A DNA stretch of 64,000 nt, from contig NC_045696.1 of assembly GCF_009834535.1 (NCBI RefSeq), forward strand, positions 20,586,001-20,650,000, in the 5' to 3' direction. Positions 12,885 to 27,229 of the stretch are shown here, piece by piece. This DNA is from Camelus ferus (lineage: Eukaryota). Position numbers and translations under genes: made by a program. The notes beneath the pieces were generated by a model. The model did no database searches and was not told where the DNA came from. It saw only the letters and a list, made by a program, of their open reading frames with translations. The number at the start of each line of letters is the position of its first letter. Position 1 is the stretch's first letter.

Positions 12885-14279
12885 AATAAATCAATGCTTA
12901 AAATAGTTTAAGAGAAAAGACTTCATCTTAATTCAACTCGTATAATAAAAGATGGTTTCTCAACAAGTTGAACAGAGTTTCAAAGGCAAATATGATAACC
13001 TGTGATCCTAGGGTAATAGTTCACAAGTGTGGGTCAGAAAACAAGTTATAAGCTCCACATATGAGAATCACCTTTCAGGAGAATTAATTTAAAAAGTAAG
13101 AGTCTCACTTGAAGGAGTTGTTTTGCAATTAAGGAGGAACCAGTTAGTGTGATTGCGTGTCTGATTGAGTGACAGCTTGTTTATTCTTCCAAATGAGTAA
13201 ACAAAACCACCAAAATGACAAGGGAGTTCAAGGTGAAAGCATGAAAAACCTGTAATCCTCACCTGTGACATTTATTCTGGGTAAGGTAATAAGTGTGAAT
13301 ATTGGCAGCTGAGGGATAAGGGGCCATTAAAACTTGGTAAGATCTGTATACTAACAATTGCAATGGGCTTAAATGATTGTAGTTGAATGGATGTTAGAGA
13401 GAGTGGCCTATACAGAAAGGTGGTAATTGGAAAAGGATTACTGAAAATTTTGCACTTGGATTTTAAAATGATTGTCCAGATTTTGATTGCTCACTGCCAT
13501 CAATCAGTGTGGTCAATAGAGTAGGAAGAACAGACCTGGGGGATAATGTCCTTAGTTAATGATGAGTTTAAGTTATTTGTGTAACAGAGTTTTCCCGTAG
13601 TTACCTAAATATCAAAATACACAGTTCATTAGTTAAGTTTTGGATGGAGGCATATTAGTATTGGTTATTAATTTATTCTTGGCAGGGTTATTAGAGGTAA
13701 GGCTGAAAATTCCCAGGGACACTATCTTCTCTGTAAACTAAGAATAGAATACCTATGAATGTCAACATCTAATAAGCACGTGGAGAGCAGAGATCAACAA
13801 CATGAAGGGTGGCCTGAGGACTGGGGGAAGAACTTGGACTAAGCAATATTATTAAAGACCAGAGAGTGGTGAATAGTGGACAAACGGATAGATATAAAAG
13901 CATCTCAGGCCAAAAGAAGACAAAACCAAGGAACGCTAAGACATGGCCATGGTTTGTACCCATCTGGAGGAAACTGGTGAACGAATTATTACCAGTTCCA
14001 GTAGCATGCCTCAGAACCAGCTACAATTCCTCCAAGTTCTGCTCTAAGCATCGTTGTGTAGAGATGAAAAACAGAGTGTGAAAACATAAAGATAAACTGA
14101 CATTTGGACTACACACAGCTGAAATGAAGCCTAGAGGCAGGAGATCCTAGAGATTCCTGAGTCAGAGAAGCCCCAACAAGAAAGTGATGCTCGTGTTGAA
14201 TCTTAAAGGAGAACATATATTTACCTGGCAAAGAGGACTGGGACACGGTACTCCAGATGGAAGTAACATGTGTAAATTG

Positions 14280-16495
14280 TAAATTTTTGTCAGTAAAGCA
14301 GAAGGTGTTCTGCATAACACTTGTGTAGTAGATATTTTATGCACTTGTCAAAACACATAGTACTATATATTATAAACAGTGAACTTTAATACAGGCTTAA
14401 CTTGGAGATATTCTGAGATATGCAGGTTTGGTTCCAGACCACCACAACAAAGCAAATATCACAATAAAGGGAGTCAAACAATCTTTTTTTTTTTTGGTTT
14501 CCCTGTGTATATAAAAGTTATGTTTATACTATACTGTATTCCGTTAAGGGTGCAGTAGCCTTATGTCTAAAGGAACAATGTCATACTTTAAAAATAACTT
14601 ACTGCTAAAAAATGCCAACCTCCTTCTGAGCCTTCAGCTAGTTGTAGTAGTAACATGAAGGATCATTGATCACAGATCACCATCACAAATATATTAAGAA
14701 TGTAAAAAGTTTATAATATTATGAGAAGTACCAAAATGTGATACAGAGACATGAAGCGAGCAAATGATGTTGGGAAAATGGTGCTGACAGACTTGCTCAG
14801 CTCAGGGTTGCCACAAATCTTCAATTTGTAAAAAAATGCAGTAACTGTGAGAGTAAAGTGCAGTAAAACAAGGTTTGCCCATATGTACAAACAACAACAA
14901 AAATAATAATAACAGTAACAAACAGGATGTTAGAGAATCTTGGGATGAAATGCAGATTGTAATAAATTAATCTGTGCCATAAATGTATGCTGTAACCTAC
15001 AAAAAGGAAAAAAAAAAAGCTGACCTCCGTTAACTCTGCATAACAGTACTTTGACTGGAGAATGTAAGACAATTCTAACTGTATATAAAAACCCTGTACT
15101 ATATAGTTTGTAAATTTATTTCTCACAAGGATATGTATTAAAAATTATGAGAGAACTTTACATCAGTACTAGAGTTGAAAAAATAGGTAAGTAGATGTTA
15201 GGTAACTGAAGCTAGATTTTCACCGTCAGAGAAAGAAGTTACAAATAAGCAGAGTGAGGCTAGACTAAACCTTGTGATCTTGGACTAGAGTTGGAAACAT
15301 TGGTTTGAATTCATATTTAATAGGTAGGTAGAGAGATGAATGGATGGACAGACAGACAAAACAGATAGATGGAAAAAAATATTTATAGGTATGTGGATAT
15401 ACCTGGGATAGCCTATGAACACATATTTCCTAGTTCTGTTTGCTGAGTGGGCCTAACAGCAGTAACATCCCAATAGATCTTCATTTCTAAGTGCTATTCT
15501 CCAACAAAAGGAACTATGCCTTCTTGGGGAAGTTACTGATTAGAGTGTTGGGCAGGGAATATGCAAGTTGAGTGTGGAATTTCTTGTCTCAGAAAACAGG
15601 AAGCATTCCAAAACCAAAAGGAAGGACACATGTCAAAAGGACCCCGGAGCTAAGCCAAAAGAGCTCTGGATGGGTAAATTTAGAATAATTTGAACAACAA
15701 AACAAATGATGTAGGATTGGATTGTAACTCATATAAAATAAGTAAACAAGAACATACTGATATAAATGATTGAAAAACAAAAAAGGGAAGAGATAAATAA
15801 ATCTTCCCTACAAAATTCCACATAATACATAGATACTGCCTCCTTCAGGATGTAGATTTTAATCATCTTACCCATTCCTGAGTGTGGAATATTCTTAGTG
15901 AGTATGGAAGAAATAGAAACGTTAGAATGGAGAGATCTGGCAGACAATACCTCAATCAAGTGATCAAGTTTAGCATCACCAGTGGTGAGTCATGTTGATA
16001 TCATGTTCCCGGTCTTATCACTGACGCATCCCATCATGCGATGGGATGAGAAGGACATTTCGCCTCTGTGGTATTCTTCCTATAATTCAGGCACCCCAGA
16101 CTAAGCATGAGGAAGATAAAATCAGACTCACCCTGACTAGGAACACATCATAATCTCTGACTGGTTCCCTTCAAAACTGTCAGGGTCATGAAAGGCAAGG
16201 AAATGTTGATAACTGTCACAATCCAAGACTAGGATGACTTAGATGACTAAATGTAATGCGTTATTCTTAATTGGATTCTTGGAACATAAAAAAGTAGTGG
16301 AAAAAAAAAAACCTGATAATGTTGAAATAAAACCTGAAGTTTCGTAAGAAGTAAGGTGCATTGTTAATCTCCTACTTTGACCATAGCTATGTTGGTGTTA
16401 CTGTTAGGAGAAATGAGGTCAAGGATATATGGCATACTCTCTGTTCCATCCTGGCAACCCATCAATAAATACGAAAGCACTGCAAAATAAAAATG
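14280..16495 (+). mobile_element. L1MC3/4-like LINE 3' UTR, interrupted by a Tigger1 MITE
   Basis: cttgtcaaaacacatag...gtgaactttaa continuing after the MITE as tgtacaaac...gggatgaaatgcagattg; ctggcagacaatacctcaatcaagtgatcaagtttagcatcacc; terminal aaaataaaaa. Confidence 0.85.
14392..14881 (-). mobile_element. Internally deleted Tigger1 MITE (Tigger1a_Art-like, TcMar-Tigger)
   Basis: Tigger1 termini (caggcttaacttggagatat...ggttccagaccaccacaacaaagc / aaaacaaggtttgccca), TA on both flanks, ~490 bp. Deletion junction gagccttcagctagttgtagtagtaacat. Confidence 0.9.
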
Positions 16496-18455
16496 CCATT
16501 TAAACCACAGGAGAGCAATCCTGTATTTCTTCAAAACTCATTTTCCATGCATTCCATATTCTGCATAGTATGAAATGATACAGGTATACATAAGGGAACA
16601 CAAGATTTTTAAAAAAGAGATTATCTTTTAAATAAACTGAAATACATTTGCTTTCAGATAATGTATCAGATTTGGTTATAGGTTCCGTGTGGTACTGTTG
16701 TTGTCACAGGTACTACAATTATACTTCTTCTCTCCTGTAAGTACACGCTTAACTACACATGGAGGAACTTTTCTATTGTTCTACATGTTCAGGTGCTAAT
16801 GTTTGACGTGTCTTCATTTCAGACCCAACCAGGAATTCTGTGGCATCTAATAAATTTTTTGGAACCCTATCACATTTCTAAGTCACCCGCCGTGCTTTGG
16901 AACCTCTTGTCTATTTCTTATCCATAGGATTCTTGACATCTTTTTTGGAAGAGTGGAAAAATTCTCCTTAATTTTTCAGCTAAAACATCACCATTCCAAA
17001 GAATGCCCTTTGCGTGTATTTACTGACCTCAGATAAATGAGACACTAGTGTTGGGACTTAACCACAAAGCCCATTGAGTCTTTAGCTGCTTAGAAAGGTA
17101 GTAAAAATCATGTACAATGCTGGAGTGAAATAAAAGGTGGTCCAAGAAGAAAAATGAGTGTCTGCAGATGCAGAGCACACAGAAGTGCCGATTAACAGTC
17201 TCCCCAGGAGATTTTCTCACGGAGACAGAGGATACACTGACAGTGCTGCCAGCCTCGTTTTCTAACCCGTTCAATCGCATTTCACGTTCCATAGACAGCA
17301 CATAAAAGTCTGGTCAGCAACGAGCAGGAAAGCGCAACTTTTCCGAAAATTTTGGATTTGTATGCATTCTATTTTAGCGACTTACTTTATTTTACCTTAA
17401 TACTCATAATCAAACAAATCAACAGTCACATCTTCTCTGAAGTCCAAGGAGTTGCAGATGGAATTTATATGATGATTTAAAACTTCATTTTGTTTAGTTT
17501 TATCAAGCGTGGTTGCCCTATCTTTCTAGAAAGAAATCACCATCACCATTTACCCTTCCTGTTGATCAAGTGTTTCTAGATGAATGATTGCTGTGCTTCC
17601 CATCACAGCTGCCTGCTTGAAAACAGCTCTCATCAATAAGCATGAGTCACAGGGGCCGACTGGCTACGTACCCACAGCGAAGCTCAAGGTTCTGTAGATT
17701 CCTAATGAAGAGTGGATTTTCCTAAAGTCCCTTTCTTAACAATTATTATCCACAAACATGTATTTTCTCTTAATCAGAATAAGATACTTATAAAAGAAAC
17801 ATATGAATAAAAACATAAACCTTTATTTTCTTATATCCTTCTTTGAAGTATAAAGACATGTGATTTTAAGGCAGATTTTAATAATTTAGAATGATATTTC
17901 CTGATGAAATAATCAGGAAAAAATCAATCTGGTAGATTGCTGCTTATTATGATTATAGTTCTGAGATCTAGCAAAGCAATAAATAATTAGTATTTAAAAT
18001 AATTATGTTAATGTAGGTGGGAAAAGACTCAGCAATTAAAGACTCTTCCTATGGATTTCTAAATAGCCAGGCAAGATATTTCTGCAATTTATGTCAGGAT
18101 GAACCTTTGCATCAGATATTTTAGTTAATTGCAGTAGAATTTTTATATTTCCTAAAATGTTATTCAGTATTTTTCATTAATAACTTAATATATTAAAGTG
18201 TTGGTTTTACATTTTGAAAACTTCAGATAGAACTTTAGAGTAAGAATGTCTGAACCAACCATTTTATTACGAAAGTAATCCAATGACCCAACAACTCCTT
18301 TCATAACTTTATACCCTAGAAACTCTTACATATGTCCACTGGGAGACTAATACATTTAAAGGAAATGAATATGGCTTCATGAATCTTATAGATATATTCT
18401 GCCTTGAAAAAAAAAAAAAACTCTAGAATTTGAAGCCCTAGAGTATGAAGTCATT

Positions 18456-18701
18456 ATTTTTTCAGATATTGTTTTTTTAAATTTTATTTTATTGAAGTAT
18501 AATGAGTTTACAATGTTGTGTCAATTTCTGCTGTACAGCATAATAGTTCAGTCATACATATACATATACATACATATATTCGTTTTCATATTCTTTTTCA
18601 TTATAGGTTATTACAAGATATTGAATATAGTCCCCTGTGCTATACAGTATAAACTTGTTGTTTATCTATTTTATATATACTAGTTAGTATCTGCAAATCC
18701 A
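18456..18701 (-). mobile_element. Young camelid-type L1 3' end, 5'-truncated
   Basis: tgtgtcaatttctgctgtacagcataatagttcagtcataca; T-rich tail; TSD aagtcatt (18448-18455 / 18702-18709). Confidence 0.9.
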
Positions 18702-18719
18702 AAGTCATTTTTATAATGA

Positions 18720-19030
18720 CTAAATAAAAGCAAAACTAGATAACATATTGTTTAAAAGATACTCACATAGATACTAACAGTATTAAGAAGAAAATCAAGA
18801 AACTGATAAACAAATAGTTCACACTAGCATTTTTTTGTGTGGGATGACTCACAAGGATGGCAACATCGTGGAACATGGAAGAAGAACAGAAATCACTTCA
18901 ATGACACTAATACCAGTATTTGGGGGGGGCTCTATTGTTCAATTCTACTTTATGCTTCATGGCTTCAATACATGTTATACATATTATCTTGCATATTTCA
19001 AATATTTCGTCAAAAAACAAATTTGTGAAA
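18720..19030 (+). mobile_element. Old L1ME 3' end fragment
   Basis: aaaactagataacatattgtttaaaagatactcacatag...aagaaactgataaacaaatagttca. Confidence 0.55.
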
Positions 19031-20639
19031 AGCCCTTGTTCACTGAATTTTCCATTCTAAGTACTGGGCTATGAAACCAAAGGGCACTTGACCTCCAAAA
19101 TGAATACATGTGCTGCTTATCATCTCAGAGTTTTTAAAAAGATTTCCATCATCTTTTCTCCTTAACAGAGGGGAAATACAAGAGAGTAGTTGTTCCCTCA
19201 TGGGAAAAAGCTTCTTATTGCTAACATCATTATTCTTTTTTGTTGCTGCTAACAATATCATCCACTAATGCTAAAGGAGTTCTAACTCCTTCAAACATCC
19301 CTTTGGGAAAGAAAAAATGATCACGCAAATGCCAATGACTTAGATCTATTCAATACCTAGAATGGCTACCTTTTTCAGTGCCCTTTGGGACACCCTCAGT
19401 CATTTAATTTTTAGAGAATTGCTATTTATTTATTTTCTATTCCCTGTCATGGGTTTCTTGTTTTCCCTTCCCCAGTTTTTCTACTAAATCAAATCAGAGT
19501 CCATTTGGGTCCTACTTGAGCAAGAAAAATGAATACTTACAAAGGAAAATACAATTTCTAAATGATCTCTAATTAATTGAAATTAAAAAAAAAAAAAGGA
19601 CTGCAATTTGGAAGACCAGGCAGTCAATATTGGTAATGTTTATTAATCAAGAAAGAAGACAGACAACTTTAAAATTGACTTTGCCGTTTTATATTGTCAT
19701 TTTTGCTTATTCTACGTTTCCAGTGAGGTATAGGTATTCATATTTGAGCAACTTCTTTATCATGTCAATGATCACAGTATAGCTGAAATTAACTATACTT
19801 ATCTCTGTAACAGCTAAGCGTTGCAAAGCCTGAATTAATTTCACACTTGAGATATCAGATATGGGTAAAGTGAACTGACAATACCTATTTCTCTTGCAGG
19901 ATTTTTGAAGATTTACTTCTCTCTTTTGGTTTCAAACATATAAAAGACCACTCCAGTTACTTAGCAGCTATGATTACACAGAAGACACTCTTTATCTAAA
20001 CTTGTATTTCAAAATATTAAATAAGAATCTAAAGGGACCAGAAAAGATTGTAAGTCTCAAAATATGTGAAATGAATTTTTATAAAAATGTTTATTCTGGG
20101 TTATTATAAAGACTGCATAAATCCACAAATGTCCATAAATATCCTAGAACTCCAAATCTGCATAGTTCCCTATTATTTCTAAGTAATAAATAACAGTCCA
20201 CTTCATTACCATGAATATCTTCATTACAAAATTTCATGCAGGAATACAGAGAATATTTCCCTTTTTGGGGGGGTTTATTTTTTCTGTGACCAATTCACTG
20301 TAATTCCTGTGCCATTCAGTTCAAGTGGAGTTTTCCAAAACATTGAGAACCTTGTCTTTTTGAAGTGCAATGTTTTTTGTCGTGATTAGAAGAAAGTATA
20401 CAAAACTGAAACTTGGAGCAAAGGATGATTTTGAATGTCGGGGGCTTTTAATGAATACACTGAGAATATTGCCATTGTTTGAAAAACAAATAACACTAAG
20501 GATATTTAAAGAGGGTTTATTTTTCTTGAATACTATAAAATCAAGGAAGAAGAAGTTGCTGGAATTGATTTAGTTATCTAAAATGTTACCAAAGACTCCA
20601 GCTGTTAATCTATTTCCCTTATATTATCCTGAGGCACAT

Positions 20640-20960
20640 TGACTTCCTGTTCACATGCTGCCTTGAGGAATCAAGATGGCTGCCGCAATTCTACATATTA
20701 TGTTCCACAAATCAAGCAGGAGTGTGGAAGGGTGACATCAGCTACTTCCCTCCCATTTTATCAAGAAATTTAAAACTTTCTCACAAATTCCCAATAGACT
20801 TATGATTGTATCTTATTAACCAGAGCTCTCACAGAGCTGGTGCTACTGAAATGGTTGTTTCCAAATGAATACATAATCACACCCAATGTAATTTGTGACC
20901 TATTTTCAGATAAAGGCTTTTTTGTGAGATGGAGTTTGTGTAGACAAATAGTAATGATTG
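20640..20960 (-). mobile_element. Old MaLR LTR (MLT1J/K/L-like)
   Basis: caagatggctgccgcaattcta...ctttctcacaaattcccaatagacttatgattgtatcttattaaccagagct. Confidence 0.6.
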
Positions 20961-21049
20961 TCAGAGACTCAAGAAAGTATTCAAGCAGGTAAGAATCAGA
21001 TCTAGAACTGAGAATGAGGAATATTAATCAGACAGCAGGGTGGCTGCTT

Positions 21050-21290
21050 CTGTTTATTTTGTTTTAACACAGATTTATCACACACCTGCTCTGTGCCTAG
21101 GGTTAAGAGCAAGTCACAAAATAAGACAGTTTCTATCCTCCAGTAAGTTGCCCCTTAGAGGAGAAAACTAACAATTAAATGGGCAATGACAATGTAGTAA
21201 AATACGAGCCATGACTACAAAATATGGTGTTCATTTGAAGGGACCTTCAGCCAGATGTGGAGTCACTAGAGGTGAAAAGTTTGTGGACTT
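21050..21290 (-). mobile_element. L2 LINE 3' fragment
   Basis: atttatcacacacctgctctgtgcctaggg...aataagacagtttctatcctcc. Confidence 0.6.
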
Positions 21291-21339
21291 AAAGAGGTAG
21301 TATCTTGGCTTAAAAAAGATATAATCAAATTCATGAAAG

Positions 21340-21680
21340 CTTTAAAAATAATGTTTAGTATTCAGTTGTATATGTATACCAATTTCTTTTTTTTTTTTCA
21401 TTTATCTGTCAATAGACAATTAACCTTGTTTCCACATCTTGGTTATTAAGAACAATGCAATGAACATGGAAGCATAGATATCTCTTCAAGATCCTAGTTT
21501 CAAATCTTTTGACTATACACCCAGAAGTGGATTACTGAATCATGTGCTTTTTGAATAAAATTTCATACCATTTTCCATAGTGGCTGCTTCATTTTATATT
21601 CTCACCAACAGCGTACACGGGTCTCAATTTCTTCAAAGCCTTGTTGACACTTACGTTTTGATTTTTAATTTTATTTCTAA
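21340..21680 (-). mobile_element. L1MA/MB ORF2-3' fragment
   Basis: tgtttccacatcttggttatt...tatacacccagaagtggattactgaatc...ttttccatagtggctgc. Confidence 0.85.
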
Positions 21681-23148
21681 TACATGAAGACATTATTTGC
21701 ATAAACCATGACAATTATGAAAAAAAAAGAGTAATCTTAAGAAGACTGTGTCAACTGATAGAGATGCCAAGAAAATGAGGCACTTACTGGTATACCTACA
21801 ACTCTACAGGAACCAAGGAGCTTAAAGATATTCCGCAAAACAGTATTGATGATTTGGTGCAGGGGGTAAAGAGGACAGAATGCAAGAAATATTAAGAGCT
21901 GTGTGGATAGCGGGGTAATTGAGGTAGGGAACACTGTTCTTTTGAGAAGCCTGCTGTTGAACAGAAGGAAAGATAAAGATATAAATAAGTATGAGCGCGA
22001 AGGTTATGAATAGTATCTATTTTTAGGTGCAAGTGAGCATTGCTTTGGATATTTAATATATTTCTCAAAAAATACATAAAAGCCTATATGGCCAGTTTCT
22101 TCCTTACAAAATTTAAACTCTCAGATAACCACAGCAATATCCGTTTTTTGTTTTCTTAACTTTCTGAAAGGTTGAAATCACCTCTATTTAGCAAAACAGC
22201 AAGCATTGCAGAAACACTGTTAAAGTAATACAAATTTGTATTTCTGACTGTGTATCTGTGAACAGTGTGATGTCACCCAAATATAAGTTAAATAATTACC
22301 GATTAAATAAAGGGCTGCATGATGACCCTCTTAGTGGTGTGGTAGGTAGAAGAGGTATAGACCACTCAGCCTAACCTTGGCTAGACTCGTCACTAACACC
22401 ATGCAGCTGGTAGCTTGGCAGTAAAGAATATTACTTTTACTATGAGCAATATACGCAAGTTAAGTAGTTTGAGTTTCTGTTTATTTTAAAAATTCTGGTA
22501 GTTTAATGAGTCAGGCTATTTTTAGAAAGCCAGAAGTGTGTGTGTGTGTGTGGGGGGGTGCATGGATTAGTGTCACAGGCCTCATGCAGAGCCACCTGGT
22601 ACGTGCTTTTTTTAATAGCTGTCCGTCCCCAATAAGGGCTTGAATACTTAACTTGTAAGACACTTTATCAGAGTTGTGCAAAGTGATTACATCTTGAATG
22701 ACAAAGAAGTGCAGAAGCTATAAAATAAATTTTTAAAGTAACTTTAAAATACTTCTTACTTTCACTAATTTGCTACTTCTAGGAAAATGTTACCTGCAAT
22801 CTGTGAAGTTTCTATCCATTTTCCCCTGTAGACTCCATTAAGTTAATCAAATCATTGTAACTTGGTGCTTGCCAATCTCATTATCATGTATTATGTAGTT
22901 GTCTTTTAAATTCATTAGACAGAGACCTTCCATTTAAAGCACATTAGTTTCTCCACTCTTCTGAAACCTTTAGCCAGAGGTGGAAATTTGTAAGGTCTAA
23001 GGCAGTATCCAGAAAGAAAGATATGTGACTTGGGATTTTGTATTGGAGTAAAAGCTGAATCAGTTTTCCCTATCAAATTAATGGAGCTTATTCTTCAGAG
23101 TCACTCACTCCTGTGTTTAATTTTATACTTTAATTCTTTTAATTAAAG

Positions 23149-23360
23149 CAGCATTTCTCAACAGAGGCACTGCTAACACTTTTGAATGGGTAATTCCTTG
23201 TTGCGGGCTGGGAGGGGCTGTCTTGTGCTTTGTAGGCTACTTAGCAACATCGATGCCCTTAATCACTAGATTCCAGTAGCTGCGACAATAAAAAGATGTC
23301 CAGATAGTTTCAAAATCCCCAGCTGGGAGCCTGTGGATGATCCCCATTTGAGAATCACAG
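23149..23360. mobile_element. MER20 (hAT-Charlie MITE), full length
   Basis: cagcatttctcaac...ggggctgtcttgtgctttgtagg...tttgagaatcacag. Degenerate 8-bp TSD aattaaag / acgtaaag. Confidence 0.9.
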
Positions 23361-24679
23361 ACGTAAAGCCTCCCCCTTCCCTCAAACGATACAAGCTTCA
23401 GCCACATAACACCTGCACTTGGCCTGGACAGCAGTTATCAAAAGAACCATCAAAGAAGGTATAATATTATTTTAGTTATAACCCAGAATATTATGTGTGA
23501 ATGAGGTTTTTTAATTTATGCATTTTTGTAAGTTTAACTAGCGAAACATCTTAGGAGTTTGATTTGTTTTGTCTAACTTGTAAGTTTGACAAGCTTGCTA
23601 ACCTGAGAGTACTGCAGTTAAAAAAAGCAAAAAAACTCCTTTCAACTAAATAGCACCCACTACACAGAAAACGTTAAAATGACTGTGGAGTATGGCTATA
23701 TACCATTTACATGTTAGGTGCAATGAAGAGTAAGTATTGTGACTAGAAGTAAATGCTTCTATAATTGATGAAGTTAAATGTAAAACACTAGGCCCTTTGT
23801 ACTATGTAATAAAGTCTTTATTCCACAAATTGAAAACTTCATGAAGAAATGTAAACCTGCAAACCTAATAATACACTGTATCAATGCACTCGGTAGCGAT
23901 GTAATAAGATCATTTTTTTCCTTTCTTAGAGAATTCATTAATACCTTGATATTCCTAAAACAGCAGTATATAAGGACTGTTGATCAAGAGACCCTTCTAT
24001 GCATAGGATTTCCTTGATTTAATATGTTTGTAGTATATATTTTTCCTAAGAAAAAGATAGTCATTTGGAGATGAAATAAATAGCACGGGGTGAAAATGTA
24101 AAATACGGCAGGGTAAAATAGCTAAATTATTTCCTTCTGAATCACTGAAAAATCAGTCAGCTTACATGATTTCTAAGTTTTGTTACAATCTCTAAAAACA
24201 GTCAATAAAGTATAACTTTCAAATAGGTGTATGTATTTAAATATACTTGTGATTTAATAAAATAACGAATACAATTTCACAATAGTGTAAATTAATGTCT
24301 GGTAAATATACATTATTTGTTTTAGATTTTCTGACTTCTTTTTCAATATAACCTAGAATTCTCTTAACCTAAAATATGCATAAAATTTTTAAAATATTTA
24401 CTTGTAGGACAATATATTTTATCTGAATGCCATTGGATTAAAATCAAAATGTCATTAGTTTAAAAAGAAAATGTCACCATAAAGTCTGATTAATGATACT
24501 GTATTGGTTAACTAACAGCAGCAACAATGAAACTGTCCCCTAGAGTCTCTCATTTCAATATGTTTACTGATGTCAAAGGAAAAGGTATCAAGGGAAGCCT
24601 CTAGCAATAGTCAAAGGTGAAAAAGTGTTTTTCCACCACAGAATAGACTCTAGAAATGAACACTGTATTTAGGAAAAAG

Positions 24680-24681
<2 letters not shown>

Positions 24682-24746
<65 letters not shown>

Positions 24747-24782
24747 GACAGAGAGACAGACAGAGAGACAGAGAGACAGAGG
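24682..24782. repeat. Compound microsatellite (TG)n(GA)n followed by GACA/GAGA repeats
   Basis: Read directly; explains ORFs 24601-24798, 24669-24854 and 24685-24885. Confidence 0.97.
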
Positions 24783-26058
24783 GAGAAGAACAAACCATTG
24801 GGGTTTATGGGTGAAATATCTTGTCAGATCAGGGTTTCTTGATCTGGATTTCACTGACCCCTTAAGACCCCTCTGGGAGATATGAAATCCTAGAGAAAAG
24901 AGAGTGTTGAGGTGGTCATGAATTATTTTCTAAGAGAAGGAATTATCTGAGTTCCCCCCAAGCCAGCGTATAAAGATCCAGTTGTCTAGAGATGTAAATT
25001 AACTGTTTTTGGTAAAATTAACTTTGATGGAATAGTGTTTAGTGAAATAGAGGGAAAAAAATTCTACCTAATTATTATGGTCCACAAGTGCTTAACTAGT
25101 ATACAATTGACTAGTTGGTACACCTCCAAACCTAACATTATTTTGTTCCAAAAAATTTAGAGAATGATTCCTCAAAATCTGTCATTATTTTTACATGCTG
25201 TGCAACACCACAAAGACAACAAGTATCATTTTCTGTAAAACTTAATACATAATAATGGTTCATACTTATTGACAACTCACTGAATGCTCAAAGCTGGAAT
25301 GGTTGCTTTCCATAAGATCTCATGTTTCTTTTAATTTTTCTAATACTTTAGCAAGTAGGAACTATTATTATATGCATTTTATTGATTGGAAAATTTAAAC
25401 TTAAAAAGATTAATTCATTTCCTAAAGTTCAAGGCAACACCATATGAAAAGTAATATGTTTCAAGTGTGGGGGACTTGCAAGTCCTATAGTGCTATGATA
25501 GATTTCTCTGTCACTACCAGATGTTAATATGGTGTTGAATTACTAAGATGAGATTAACCAAAGGGAACCATCAAAACAATGTAGTCAAACTTATATCAGC
25601 CATTCTGTCAGCAACGTTTTTTCCAGATACTCAACTATGCCAATAATTTCTTCCTTCTAGACTTTGCAGCCAAAAGGAGTACAAGTACCTAAAAAAAATA
25701 TTAAACATTTTTTTTCTGTAAATCTGCACCAAAGCTTTTTCTAAGTTATTGTGTAGGAATCTGAGGAAGTCACATGCAGAGATACAAATCATTGAGCAAT
25801 TGGCCCAATTCCCTTTACTACGCTGGAAGCAGACAAGAAACACTGGAAAGGATTTGTAAGTTAACTGACAGTTTCTCAGCTCCACCCAATGAAGGAACTG
25901 GTTTCAAAGCACATCCCAATCAAGTACTTGCTCTGCACAGTAAAACGGCTTAAATAATTCTCCCTTTGTGGAGGGTGTCAGCAGAATGTAGAGACAAATG
26001 GCCCAGGATCACCAAAATCTAAGAATACGAGATACACCCAAACACACACAAACACTTC

Positions 26059-26243
26059 AAAGTTACTAAGAGACTAGATCTTAATCGTTCTCACTACAAA
26101 AAAAGAAATGATACTTAGGTGACATAATAGAATTTAGCTACTACTATGGTGACAATCATACTGTATTATATAAATGTATCAAATCAAGATGTGCACCTTA
26201 AACTTACACAATGGTATATACTAATTCTATCTCAATAATAATA

Positions 26244-26300
<57 letters not shown>

Positions 26301-26301
26301 T
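26059..26301 (+). mobile_element. L1MA-like 3' end with (TAA)n tail
   Basis: tagatcttaatcgttctcactac...gtgcaccttaaacttacacaatg; TSD aacacttc (26051-26058 / 26302-26309). Confidence 0.9.
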
Positions 26302-27229
26302 AACACTTCCAGGCAAACACTTCTCTTTCATAAGACTGCCTTGACTCAGCTTATTGTTTTCTATGCATGTCACTCATTTCATATACTCTAACTTTATCTC
26401 AGTTAATTCAAACACACTGAATCTAAGTAAAATCAATGTGAAGTAAGAGAATCTTATCTTTATTTCATATACATGGAAACTAAAGTTTAAGGATATAAAA
26501 ACAGTTGCTCAAACCTGTTTTCCTGATGCCATCTTCTGTTTTTTATCATCTTTTCTAGCCTATTCTAAATTATAGCAGTCATCTAAGCAATGGATAGTTA
26601 CTTTTCTGTTTAATAATGTAAACTGAATCATATAATTTCACAGTTGAATGTGCCTTTGAGAACATATAAAGTGGATGGATAACCAAAGGATGAAATCACC
26701 TGAACACTAAATTAGGAACTCTAAAATCATAAACTATCTTTAAAAGATATACAAAATATATCAAAACAGACATACAGAAGATAAAATTGACTTACTTTAC
26801 TCTAGGTCAAGAAGCAAAACTTAGAACAATAAACAGACTCAATGGGGAATCATATTTTGGTAGAATTTTCTAGTAGCCTAAAAGAAACGACTTTGCTTAA
26901 TGAGACACATAGGTCCCTGGAGTGTTGGCTTTCTAGCGAATGGACAAGGGTTTGGAAGATAGGATGTGCCGTCAACCTCGGTGTCTAAAAGTTTCTTCTA
27001 GATGATACTTTCACTCATACTCAACTCAGATGCTCTTTGAACTACTTTGTCATCATTCTACTCAACGAAATTTAAGCAAATATAAGGCTCACATTCTAAA
27101 AAAGCCAGTACAAAGAATGCCCTATATATACAATAGTCTTAGAATGTAAAGTATCCCTGATACCAAGTAATCCAGTTCAAATGACTACGTTAATCAAAGA
27201 TTTTTGTCTTTGGCATGGAATACTTTTGC

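Noticed and set aside
24601..24885. Low-complexity ORFs (CVCV/ERER/THTH), likewise 34004-34287
   Set aside because: Translations of microsatellites.
24830..24990. Possible hAT MITE fragment, and a similar one at ~45840-46000
   Set aside because: Only the cag-ttctc-type terminus is suggestive; too degraded to call without a profile search.
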